From contig CAJXMG010000002.1 of assembly GCA_913056395.1 (NCBI GenBank), positions 17,353 through 81,352 of the forward strand: 64,000 nt of DNA, written 5' to 3'. The position numbers and the translations under genes were made by a program. Numbering within the stretch: position 1 is the stretch's first letter; the number at the start of each line of letters is the position of its first letter. The stretch comes from an uncultured bacterium. Lineage in GTDB: Bacteria > Planctomycetota > UBA8108 > UBA1146. Below are positions 10,077 through 19,257 of the stretch, piece by piece. The notes under the pieces are model-generated. The model searched no databases. It was not told the DNA's origin and was given only the letters and a program-made list of their open reading frames with translations.

Positions 10077-11042
10077 TCAGCTCAAATCTCGGAAGAGATC
10101 CAAAAAGCGATCTTCGTATAACTTAAAAACTCCCAAACGATCCAACTCCGCTTTCAGAAGTGGAGTCTGACTCCGATCAAATTTGGCTCTGGAAAAAAAG
10201 TTTTCCAGTTCATCGATTTCACCTTTGGTGAGATTTCGCTCTGTTGCTGAATCGTACTCTTGTCCCTCTGACTCAAAATGAAACCCATTTTCTGAATCCC
10301 AGGGCTCCCCAGACTCATGAGAAAATGCATCTCGCAATGCAGCCATCTTCTCTTCAAGAGCCAAGATCTGACCATTCAAATGATCGAAATTGAGGCGGAT
10401 CGACATCAAAGAACAAAATGTTTTTAGCAGGGCGCGTGTCGCTTTCGGATTGGGTGAGTGGAGTCCCCAAACAGGAATCTCTGAAACCAGGCAAGTGCCT
10501 TTTAAACCCATTTCCTGTGCCGCAAGCAGAATGAGACCGTTCAATCCCACAACACGCTCAGATCGAAGAGGAGGTATACCCGCTTTCGCCAATTCTTCGC
10601 CACTGTGGAAATCAGTGGTCCCAAATCGAACGACAGGCTCATCTTCCGGCTCCAAAATGCCTGAGACTGCTGCGAAGGTCATCACTGCTTGAATCCCAAA
10701 GGTAGACATTGCGGTCCTGATGACAGACCTCGCCAAATCCAATGGTTTATCAAGAGTCTGGGTATCAGGAATGAATAGGATCAACTCCTGATTCGCAGCC
10801 GAACGAACCCTCTGAAAAATCAGCTTTGGAAGGTTCCCCTGAAAAATCAGGCCATTTCTGATCTGAATATCTTCCAACTCAAAATGCGGATCAGGGTTGA
10901 GGGCGGAAACACTTTCAGACTGAAGTCCCTGAGAGAGTGCCCTGACACAGGAAGAGGCAACCCCTCCCAATCCAGGCCAACCCACAACCAAAATAGGTGC
11001 ATTCTTTGATTTGGAGGGTTCTCCAAACGAAAAATCGCTCAT
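10077..11042 (-). CDS. PAC2 (proteasome assembly chaperone)-family protein
   Basis: N-terminal ILVVGWPGLGGVA, GLNGLIL and PNPKATRALL match the PAC2 pattern. Confidence 0.7.
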   Translation of the reverse strand: MSDFSFGEPSKSKNAPILVVGWPGLGGVASSCVRALSQGLQSESVSALNPDPHFELEDIQIRNGLIFQGNLPKLIFQRVRSAANQELILFIPDTQTLDKPLDLARSVIRTAMSTFGIQAVMTFAAVSGILEPEDEPVVRFGTTDFHSGEELAKAGIPPLRSERVVGLNGLILLAAQEMGLKGTCLVSEIPVWGLHSPNPKATRALLKTFCSLMSIRLNFDHLNGQILALEEKMAALRDAFSHESGEPWDSENGFHFESEGQEYDSATERNLTKGEIDELENFFSRAKFDRSQTPLLKAELDRLGVFKLYEDRFLDLFRDLS

Positions 11043-11226
11043 AAGTAACCTTATATATCGTCACTTCGAATTAAATAAAGTGGACAAGTGGGGCCAATTG
11101 CCCCTCTGCCACCTAGATAGTAACCCTTCGGAGCCTTATTTCAAATCATCGATCAGTCCAACGGTCAATAACACGATTAGAACACATATGACAGGTTTGT
11201 CAGTTTAGACAGGCCAACTATCAGCT

Positions 11227-12147
11227 TCACCAATTCATGCTCAGGATGACCAAAAGCACCCAAAGAGGAATAATCCAACGTGGCCATATTGATTTGAGAA
11301 CGACTTCCACCGGATCTCTTCCCCGTTCATGAACGACCAGTTCCCTGAAGTAGAGGATCAATCCGAATGCAACAACGATAACACTCCACCACCAGCTCTC
11401 GGATTTGAACAGATCTGAGTTCATGCAATACCACAGATAGGTGATCCAGCAAGCCGCCATCGTCAGAGCAAGACTACGTGCGAGCACAGACCGAGAGTAC
11501 CCTGCCAGACTCGGGCGATAATCAGGTCCATACCCCCGAGCCAACTCCGAATACCTCTTCCCCAACGCCAAGTTCAATGCCAGCAAAAAGCCGGTTACGT
11601 ATAACATCCCACTGGCTTTGACCAGTACCAGAGAGCAACCCAATGTGAGTCGGACCAGAAAGAAACTTGCCAGAAACAGGACATCCAACCACGGCTTGGA
11701 ACGGGCCCATACGGTATAGAGGATGTTTCCGGCAAGATATGCACCACCGAGTAACCATGTTTCCGGAGCAAAAGGTGATAGTAGTCCGGGAATAGAGAGA
11801 AGGGCCAGTCCTGACAGAGAGACGAATGCCCCCCAAATGGAAGCCCTCCCTGGCGAGATGAGTCCTGCAGCCACCGCCCGCTGACTCTTGCTCGGATGCA
11901 ACTGGTCATTATGGCGATCATGAATGTCATTGAAAATATACACCCCTGAACTCAACAGGGAAAAACCAAGGATTCCAAGAGTCAAATTGATCGGATCCGG
12001 ATCCCCGCCGGAGGCCATGGCAAATGGCAAGGGCAAGAGAATGAAGAGACTCTTGATCCAATGCGTGAGTCGCATCAATCCAATGTAGGGTCCCAAACTG
12101 AAAGACCGAGAATCGGAGTCTGCTTGTGGCTCAGAAACACCTGTCAA
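11227..12147 (-). CDS. UbiA-family prenyltransferase (decaprenyl-phosphate phosphoribosyltransferase-like)
   Basis: MRLTHWIKS, YIFNDIHDRHNDQLHPSKSQR and LGKRYSEL motifs with multiple TM segments. Start uncertain: TTG 12147 has a good RBS; alternatives are 12192 and 12075. Confidence 0.82.
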   Translation of the reverse strand: MTGVSEPQADSDSRSFSLGPYIGLMRLTHWIKSLFILLPLPFAMASGGDPDPINLTLGILGFSLLSSGVYIFNDIHDRHNDQLHPSKSQRAVAAGLISPGRASIWGAFVSLSGLALLSIPGLLSPFAPETWLLGGAYLAGNILYTVWARSKPWLDVLFLASFFLVRLTLGCSLVLVKASGMLYVTGFLLALNLALGKRYSELARGYGPDYRPSLAGYSRSVLARSLALTMAACWITYLWYCMNSDLFKSESWWWSVIVVAFGLILYFRELVVHERGRDPVEVVLKSIWPRWIIPLWVLLVILSMNW

Positions 12148-12210
12148 AATCAGGCTCTCCCTTCTCCAAAACGGCTCTATCTCGGTTACCATTCCTGAAT
12201 GGAAGAGCCC

Positions 12211-13167
12211 ATGATACCCGCAACGGATACCGGTGAAAATTCCGAGCTCGCTGACATCAATGCCGCTGCTCTCAAAATCGGCTTTCACTCAGTGGGAGTT
12301 GCCAGAGCCGGTGAGTCACCCCATGCCGACCGCTTTCGCCAGTGGGTTGATCAGGGCATGCACGCAGGCATGAAATGGATGCAATCCAACAAGGAAAGAC
12401 GCTGCGATCCCACCCTTACAGTCGATGGCGCACAAAGCGTTATCATGGTCACCTTGCCCTACCCTGACGACCCGGAGCTTTCCGAGGGAGCACCCAAAAT
12501 CGCCAGATATGCCCGCGGCCGGGATTATCACAAAGTGATGAAACCGATGCTCAAGGCCCTCTGCGAGGCTGTTTCCCAGAATGGAAAATGGCAAACGTGG
12601 TACTGCGTCGATTCCTCTCCAATTCTGGAACGGGATTGGGCTGAACTTTCTGGTTTGGGCTGGATTGGTAAAAATGGCCTGATCATCGACGAGAAATTCG
12701 GCAGTTGGTTCTTTTTGGGAGGAATCGTCACCGATCGTCCTTTGCCTACGACTTCACCGGTGACTGACCGCTGTGGTACCTGCACCCGCTGCCTCGACGC
12801 TTGCCCCACTTCTGCAATCGTTGAACCCCGCACGGTCGATGCACGGAAATGCATCTCCTACTGGACCATCGAACACCGAGGCGAGTTTCCAGAAAATATA
12901 AAATTACATGGCTGGCTATTCGGGTGTGATATTTGCCAAGAGGTCTGTCCCTGGAATCATCGCCCTGTCCGCATCAAATCCCGAGTTCATTCAGACCTGA
13001 AACCTGGAAAATCCGTTGCCTCTTGCAAGGATGTTCTCAATCTCGACAGGGATGGATTTCTGAACATATACGCGGGAACCCCCCTCACGCGCACAGGCCT
13101 GGAGGGATTGCAGAGAAATGCCCAACGTATTCTCCAGGAGAGCAACCGGGAAGAAGACCGAACTTGA
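12211..13167 (+). CDS. queG: Epoxyqueuosine reductase QueG
   Basis: IARYARGRDYH, GLGWIGKN, CGTCTRCLDACPT and GCDICQEVCPWN. Confidence 0.93.
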   Translation: MIPATDTGENSELADINAAALKIGFHSVGVARAGESPHADRFRQWVDQGMHAGMKWMQSNKERRCDPTLTVDGAQSVIMVTLPYPDDPELSEGAPKIARYARGRDYHKVMKPMLKALCEAVSQNGKWQTWYCVDSSPILERDWAELSGLGWIGKNGLIIDEKFGSWFFLGGIVTDRPLPTTSPVTDRCGTCTRCLDACPTSAIVEPRTVDARKCISYWTIEHRGEFPENIKLHGWLFGCDICQEVCPWNHRPVRIKSRVHSDLKPGKSVASCKDVLNLDRDGFLNIYAGTPLTRTGLEGLQRNAQRILQESNREEDRT

Positions 13168-13205
13168 GATCCCTGAGTTCTCCCAGCCAACTCTTCAATG
13201 GCACG

Positions 13206-13733
13206 ATGACCACTCATGGGCTGATTGCCCTGGTGTCCGTCACCTTTCTGCTGGGCCTGAATGGTCCTCAATATTTTCTGATTGACTCTTTTCCCCACCT
13301 GTTTCAGTCGTTGTTTTTGGGAGCACTGGCCGGAGCTGCACTCCAGGTTGTGCAATGGCTGGCGCGAAAGACCCTTCGTGCCATCCGTAACTTGAGTGCC
13401 TTGCTGGAAACACAATTTGAGGGTTGGACATTACGGGAGATTTTCTTCGTCGCATTGATCTCCTCCATCTCGGAAGAGTTACTCTTCAGAGCTCTGATAC
13501 AGCCCTACCTCGGCTTGTGGTTGACCAGTGTCATCTTCGGACTGGCACACTGGACCGGTGTCAGGGAACTTCGTATCTGGGTACCGCTGGCGATTCTCGG
13601 TGGACTTTTTCTCGGTGTACTTGCGGAGTCTTCCCGGTTCGGAATCCCTGGCAGCGTTGCCGCACATTTCACCATTAACCTGACCAGCCTCTGGATTCTC
13701 ACCCATAAACCAGGAAGCCCGGAAACTTCTTGA
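13206..13733 (+). CDS. CPBP/Abi-family intramembrane glutamic protease
   Basis: SEELLFR, FGLAH and AHFTIN motifs in a hydrophobic protein; start uncertain. Confidence 0.8.
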   Translation: MTTHGLIALVSVTFLLGLNGPQYFLIDSFPHLFQSLFLGALAGAALQVVQWLARKTLRAIRNLSALLETQFEGWTLREIFFVALISSISEELLFRALIQPYLGLWLTSVIFGLAHWTGVRELRIWVPLAILGGLFLGVLAESSRFGIPGSVAAHFTINLTSLWILTHKPGSPETS

Positions 13734-13924
13734 TACCACCGACAATCCGCTTGGCTCTCTGAAGCGGATTATTTATGTAATTTGCCCTGATTCCGTGGAT
13801 ATCAAGGGTTAATCGGTCGCTTGACTCCCCTCAATTTTGAATGGATGATGCCGATTGGCTGACACGTTTCTTTCGGAACAAAGTTGAGCCGGGCTTTTCT
13901 TGAGGAGGGAATGGGGGAGGATTT

Positions 13925-14323
13925 ATGGTCATCAAGCGCATCGACCCTGACAAGGCTCACGATCTGTTGCAGTCCGATCAGGGATTCCAATATCTCGATG
14001 TTCGCATGCCTGAGGAATTTGCCGAAGGTCATGTCCCTGATTCGACCAACATTCCCATCATGATCCGTGGAGATGGAGGCGTCGGCCTGCGAATGAACCC
14101 CGAGTTCGTCGATTGCGTCGAAGCAGAATTCCAGCCAGACACCAAGATCATTCTCGGATGTCAAAAGGGGGGTCGCTCTCAAAAGGCGGCGGATCTTCTC
14201 TCCGAAAAAGGGTTCAGCAATCTGCATGACATGCGCGGGGGATATGTAGGTGAAACTGATGTGCTCGGGAACATCACCTTTCCAGGCTGGAACTCCCGAG
14301 GGTTGCCCACCACTCGAAAATGA
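13925..14323 (+). CDS. Rhodanese-like domain protein
   Basis: LDVRMPEEFAEGHVP, CQKGGRS and MRGG motifs; GGAGG RBS. Confidence 0.88.
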   Translation: MVIKRIDPDKAHDLLQSDQGFQYLDVRMPEEFAEGHVPDSTNIPIMIRGDGGVGLRMNPEFVDCVEAEFQPDTKIILGCQKGGRSQKAADLLSEKGFSNLHDMRGGYVGETDVLGNITFPGWNSRGLPTTRK

Positions 14324-14350
14324 TCGTTCACTGAGAATTCTCCACGAATC

Positions 14351-15160
14351 TCAGGCGTCACATTCTCCAGCCTGATGGCCAGGTGAAAGTATTTTCGAGA
14401 ACATCTTTCTGGAAACGATTCCAACCAACCAGCGAGGGGCGAACCTTACCAGAAAAAGCAGCATGCGGTTTCGCCAGCCAGCGACCACAACTCCTCGGTC
14501 ACTCAACAGGCCCCTAATTGCTTCGCCCGCGACATCTTCGGGACTCATCTGCCCTGCCCTAATGTGGTCTTCAGATATTCCTGCCGTCTTGAAAAAGGAA
14601 GTTTGTGTTACCCCGGGTGCCAAAAGCAGAATCCTGATCGGTTGATCCTTCATTTCCCAATTCAGACTTTCCGCAAAACGATTTACGAATCCCTTGGTAC
14701 CGCTATAGGCTGCCATTCCCGGACCACCCGCATAGCCGATCAAGGATCCGACCAGAAGGATAAAGCCTCTTTCTCGGTCCTTCATCGATTGGAGAAGAGT
14801 ATGACTCAAGCGGGTCAATGCCTGACAGTTGAGATAGATCATTCGATCCTGATCCTCCACTGACAGGTCCTCGAATCTCCCCCCCAGACCGACTCCGGCA
14901 TTGTTGACGAGACCGTCAACATCTTCGCCTGAGATTTCTGACAACAGTTGATCAACTCCTTCGGAGGTCGCCAAATCCGCGACTACCAGGCGGCATGGAA
15001 CCTTGCAGCGCTGTGCCGTCTCCTCCAGTCGACTCTTGTTACGCCCTGCGAGAATCAGGGATCCTGCCCCATTTTGAGCCAACTTGACTGCCAACTCCGC
15101 TCCGATCCCATCACTGGCCCCGGTGACCAGCACATTCATTCCTGAAAGATATGAAGACAT
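14351..15160 (-). CDS. Short-chain dehydrogenase/reductase
   Basis: TGASDGIG, NNAG and YSGTK. Confidence 0.88.
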   Translation of the reverse strand: MSSYLSGMNVLVTGASDGIGAELAVKLAQNGAGSLILAGRNKSRLEETAQRCKVPCRLVVADLATSEGVDQLLSEISGEDVDGLVNNAGVGLGGRFEDLSVEDQDRMIYLNCQALTRLSHTLLQSMKDRERGFILLVGSLIGYAGGPGMAAYSGTKGFVNRFAESLNWEMKDQPIRILLLAPGVTQTSFFKTAGISEDHIRAGQMSPEDVAGEAIRGLLSDRGVVVAGWRNRMLLFLVRFAPRWLVGIVSRKMFSKILSPGHQAGECDA

Positions 15161-15284
15161 TCGATCCCTCCACATTTGGATCAGGGCGGCGATTCACGGC
15201 AAATTGACGACTTGTCAGGCTCTCTTGACAAAAAATCCGTAATTTGCGGCAATTGGTGCGCCAGCATTAAGGAGTTGATTCCAC

Positions 15285-15974
15285 ATGAGCACCCATGTTC
15301 CCGATTTGATGATCACCATCATCTCAGGAGCTTCCATCCTACCTGAGTGGTTCGACGGCACCAGAGCACTCAACAACCTTCAGGCTTTCTGGCAGCAGTG
15401 TAACTGGATTGACATCGTCATCCTGCTCGGAATGCTTGCAGGTTTGTTCACGGGGGCTGGTCTCGGCTTTTATCGCTCGACGGCTTTGCTCTTCGGTTCA
15501 ACCACAGGTGCCTTCATGGCCTTTCAGTTTTCCAAGCCCTTCTCCCATACCCCACTGTTTTCATCCGTCGGAGTTGAACTGGGCCCCCTGGGAGCACAGA
15601 TCCTCGCGGGTCTTGCGATCTTCGCCGGATCCGTCTTTTCAACGATGCTGATCACCTATTTCTTTCGCAGCCACTTTGACAGAACTCTTAAAACTTGCGA
15701 TGGAGTTCTTGGGGCATTGATGGGCGGAGGGATCGCAGGTCTCGTCTTTGGATTGATCCTCCTCGGGGTCTTTCAATGGCCCGACGGACAGATTCACCAA
15801 CCGATTCGGGATTCGGTCATCGGTGTTCCTCTCGCAGAGGCGACCGGGACCCTTGACCACTTCTTTCCCACCGATTTTCGCGATCGCTTCCAACTGACTC
15901 TTTCAGAATCATTGGAAGCCAAGGCCCAAATCGTGCCAGCAACCGTGGATCTGCAAGAGACACGACCTCGCTGA
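15285..15974 (+). CDS. cvpA: CvpA-family membrane protein
   Basis: NWIDIVIL...GFYRS near the start and DGVLGALMG motif; about four TM segments. Confidence 0.7.
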   Translation: MSTHVPDLMITIISGASILPEWFDGTRALNNLQAFWQQCNWIDIVILLGMLAGLFTGAGLGFYRSTALLFGSTTGAFMAFQFSKPFSHTPLFSSVGVELGPLGAQILAGLAIFAGSVFSTMLITYFFRSHFDRTLKTCDGVLGALMGGGIAGLVFGLILLGVFQWPDGQIHQPIRDSVIGVPLAEATGTLDHFFPTDFRDRFQLTLSESLEAKAQIVPATVDLQETRPR

Positions 15975-16043
15975 CGCTATTGTTCCTGTCTTTCTCAGGG
16001 TCGTATACACTGATCATGGTCACCAAGCCGGCAAAGGTCCCCC

Positions 16044-17948
16044 ATGATTCCGATCCCAATTGCTTCTGTCCAAAAAAGAGCTTCACAAAAAGTCGTCCGC
16101 CCCTGGCTCCAGCTTTCCCTGATATTCCTTTTTTGGGTAACGCTGCTTCCCCTGTCTGGAACTGGCAGGCTTTTTTCACAGGATTTCATCCCCCCCACGA
16201 TCACTACCGCTGACCAGGTTCTGGAATCGCTCCAGGGAATTTATGACGACTTCTGGGAGTACCAACTCTCGGTAAGCCCCATGCTTGCTGCGGAGTATGG
16301 GGACGAGGAAGCTCGGGGGAAACTCCCGCAATCTGGACTGAAAACCATCGACCGTGATCTGCAAAAGTATTTCAGTTTCTTCAATGCGATGTATGCCCTG
16401 GATCTCTCACAGATTCCGGAACAGGATCGCCAGCAGGCGGAGATCCTGATCAACATCATCGAGAACAAACTGGATGGAATTCGTGTGGGTGAGCATTTGG
16501 CCCCCATCAACCAACGCAGGGGTCCGCAAGTGTGGCTTCCTCGGCTTCACAGCCAACTCCGTTTTGTCAAAACAGAGGATCATGAAAACTACCTTTCACG
16601 ACTTGAAGCGATCCCTGCCTACGTCAGTGGTGTCAGGGAAGTTCTGGAGAGAGCAGTCAGTGAAGGTTTTCTGCCTCCAAAAGCGACTCTGGTAGGGGTC
16701 CCTGAACAATTTCAGGCCTGTACTTCTCCAGCACCGACAGAGTCCCTCTTTTATGCGCCGTTCAATAAAATGCCTGCAGGCACCAGCCCCGAAGAATGGA
16801 ACCAGATTCAGAAGAGAGCTCAAAGTGTGATCGGCGACAAGGTTCAGCCCGCCCTTGCTGAACTCGCCTCTTATCTTGAGTCGACCTACATCCCCCTGGC
16901 GAGGGATTCCTTTGGAGCCTACGAATTTCCCAATGGGAATGAGTACTACAGTTTCTGCATCCGCAAACACACTTCGACCCAACTCTCTGCCATGGATATC
17001 CATCAGTTGGGCCTCCGGGAGGTCGCGAGAATCAAATCGGAGATGCAGAAGATCATCAAGGAAGTGGATTTTGACGGGGATTTTTCAGCATTTGTGCAGT
17101 TCCTTCGTGAGGACTCCCGCTTCTATCACCAATCCGCAGAAGATCTCCTGAAGGGCTATCGTGATATTTGCAAACGTGCCGATGCCATGATGCCATCCCT
17201 GTTTGGAAAATTGCCGCGGGCTCCTTACGGAGTCCGGGAAATTCCTCCCCACGAAGCCCCCCGATCGACGACCGCCTATTACATGTCCCCCCCTGCGGAT
17301 GGATCCCAACCCGGTTGGTTCTACGCCAACACCTTTGACCTGAGAAGCCGTCCGATCTACGAAATGGAAGCGTTGGCTCTCCATGAAGCAGTCCCCGGGC
17401 ATCACCACCAGTTGGCACTTCAGGGAGAAATGGAGGGGCTTCCAAACTGGAGAAAGATCACCCATTTCACGGCCTACATCGAAGGCTGGGGCCTGTACGC
17501 GGAGTCTCTCGGTGACCAAATGGGCTTTTACCAGGATCCCTACTCCCGATTTGGAAAGCTCTCCTATGAAATGTGGCGCGCTCTGAGACTCGTGGTCGAT
17601 ACCGGTATTCATCAACTGGGCTGGACCAGAGATCAGGCGATTCAGGTGATGCTGGAAAACTCTGCCCTCACTCAAAAGAATGTCGAGGCAGAAGTGGACC
17701 GATACATCGCGTGGCCGGGACAGGCGTTGGCCTACAAGGTGGGAGAACTGGAGATCCAGTCACTGGTCAAAAATGCCCGTGAAGAGTTGGGCAACGACTT
17801 TGACATTCGTGGATTCCACGACCACCTGCTCGCCGAAGGTTCGATGCCACTGGAGATTCTGCGCTCACGGATGGAATCGTGGGTACAAGAACAGAAGGCT
17901 GCTCAGGCAGCGGAGAATGGTACACGGGAAAAATCTGAGGAGGATTAG
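16044..17948 (+). CDS. DUF885-family secreted protein (putative metallopeptidase)
   Basis: HEAVPGHHHQ, AYIEGWGLYAE, RLVVDTGIH and EVDRYIAWPGQALAYK. Confidence 0.9.
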   Translation: MIPIPIASVQKRASQKVVRPWLQLSLIFLFWVTLLPLSGTGRLFSQDFIPPTITTADQVLESLQGIYDDFWEYQLSVSPMLAAEYGDEEARGKLPQSGLKTIDRDLQKYFSFFNAMYALDLSQIPEQDRQQAEILINIIENKLDGIRVGEHLAPINQRRGPQVWLPRLHSQLRFVKTEDHENYLSRLEAIPAYVSGVREVLERAVSEGFLPPKATLVGVPEQFQACTSPAPTESLFYAPFNKMPAGTSPEEWNQIQKRAQSVIGDKVQPALAELASYLESTYIPLARDSFGAYEFPNGNEYYSFCIRKHTSTQLSAMDIHQLGLREVARIKSEMQKIIKEVDFDGDFSAFVQFLREDSRFYHQSAEDLLKGYRDICKRADAMMPSLFGKLPRAPYGVREIPPHEAPRSTTAYYMSPPADGSQPGWFYANTFDLRSRPIYEMEALALHEAVPGHHHQLALQGEMEGLPNWRKITHFTAYIEGWGLYAESLGDQMGFYQDPYSRFGKLSYEMWRALRLVVDTGIHQLGWTRDQAIQVMLENSALTQKNVEAEVDRYIAWPGQALAYKVGELEIQSLVKNAREELGNDFDIRGFHDHLLAEGSMPLEILRSRMESWVQEQKAAQAAENGTREKSEED

Positions 17949-17953
17949 TCGGG

Positions 17954-18628
17954 TCAGCGTTGAAAAGACAGGGATTTCCCCGAATCGGCGGGTCCGAGTT
18001 GGAGAAGGAAATCCACTGCAGACTGCGCCCACTCCTCCGGTTCAACGGCAAGTGCAGCATCCGCACTTCCAAATGCCCGGCTGAGCATCTCCGTGTGAAC
18101 CACACCCGGAGAAAGAGCCACAGCCGCCAAGCCCGCAGGTAACTCCTGGGCCAGTGAGCCGATCAGTCCCTCTACTGCAAACTTGGAAGCACAATATGGG
18201 GCGACCTCCGGTGAAGTACTGCGTCCCCAGCCCGATGACAGGGCCACGAGAACCCCTCGCCCCGATTCCAGCATCTCGGGAAGAAAGGCGCAGAGTGTGT
18301 GGTGAACCCCTTTGACATTGACGTCGATCACTGAAGAGAACTCAGCGGCGGATACTTCCCAGAGAGGTGCACGAACATTCAGCAATCCGGCATTGGCGAT
18401 GACCAGATCCGGAGTGAACCCTGTTTGCCTCAGATCGTCAGCCCACTGCTTCATACCCGCTTCGTCACAGACGTCCACGGCTCTGAAATGGGGATCACCA
18501 CCCAAATCTGTGAGCAAAGAGCCCTGCCGTGCACAACCGGCCACTTCGACACCACGTTTTTGAAACTCCGCCACCAGAGCTCTGCCGATGCCCCTGCTGC
18601 AGCCGGTGACGAGAACCTGCCGTGGCAC
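17954..18628 (-). CDS. Short-chain dehydrogenase/reductase
   Basis: TGCSRGIG, ANAG, SSGWGRS and YCASK; start overlaps the miaE stop. Confidence 0.88.
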   Translation of the reverse strand: MPRQVLVTGCSRGIGRALVAEFQKRGVEVAGCARQGSLLTDLGGDPHFRAVDVCDEAGMKQWADDLRQTGFTPDLVIANAGLLNVRAPLWEVSAAEFSSVIDVNVKGVHHTLCAFLPEMLESGRGVLVALSSGWGRSTSPEVAPYCASKFAVEGLIGSLAQELPAGLAAVALSPGVVHTEMLSRAFGSADAALAVEPEEWAQSAVDFLLQLGPADSGKSLSFQR

Positions 18629-19242
18629 TAGTGCATCCTTGCTTCGACGGGAAGTGATCGCAGCAGATCCGCCTCGATATCTGCCGCTTCAGAGATCCTC
18701 CTGGTGACTACCGCCGGACCACACACCTGCATGGCCAAATCACGGAAGGACTCCCAATGTCGCCCCTCCGCATCCGCCAGACGCTGATAGAAATTGGCGA
18801 GATCGGGATCCGCTTCAGGCCCCGATTCAAGGGCCCGGGCGAGAACACGAAATCGTTCGCAAGAGCGGGCCTCGATAAACGCATTGACGATCAAGTGATC
18901 ACCGAGACCACCAATCCCGGATCCCTTGGCACAAAGGAGGCCACGAAGTTCTTTGACATAGGGGTCAACAGGCGGAGGCCCCAGAGAAACACCCCGCTCC
19001 TTCAGTAAATCTGTCACTTGACGGAAATGGAGCATCTCTTCCTGAACCAGCGCCACCATCGGCCGGTGCAAAAACTCATGCTCCGGAAACCGGGCCATCA
19101 ACCCGAGACCGGCACTGGCAGCCTTGTATTCACACCACGCATGATCACGAAGAACCTGATCCAGATTTGCCAGGGCCAGAGGAGCCCAATCTTCGGAAGT
19201 TTCACAGGTGAGGGGCAAACCCTCCAGCACTGGTGAGTTCAA
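18628..19242 (-). CDS. miaE: tRNA-(ms2io6A) hydroxylase MiaE (di-iron carboxylate)
   Basis: DHAWCEYKAA, EEMLHF, IEARSCERF, EGRH and C-terminal RMH. Confidence 0.88.
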   Translation of the reverse strand: MNSPVLEGLPLTCETSEDWAPLALANLDQVLRDHAWCEYKAASAGLGLMARFPEHEFLHRPMVALVQEEMLHFRQVTDLLKERGVSLGPPPVDPYVKELRGLLCAKGSGIGGLGDHLIVNAFIEARSCERFRVLARALESGPEADPDLANFYQRLADAEGRHWESFRDLAMQVCGPAVVTRRISEAADIEADLLRSLPVEARMH

Positions 19243-19257
19243 TGTTCCTACTCCTCT

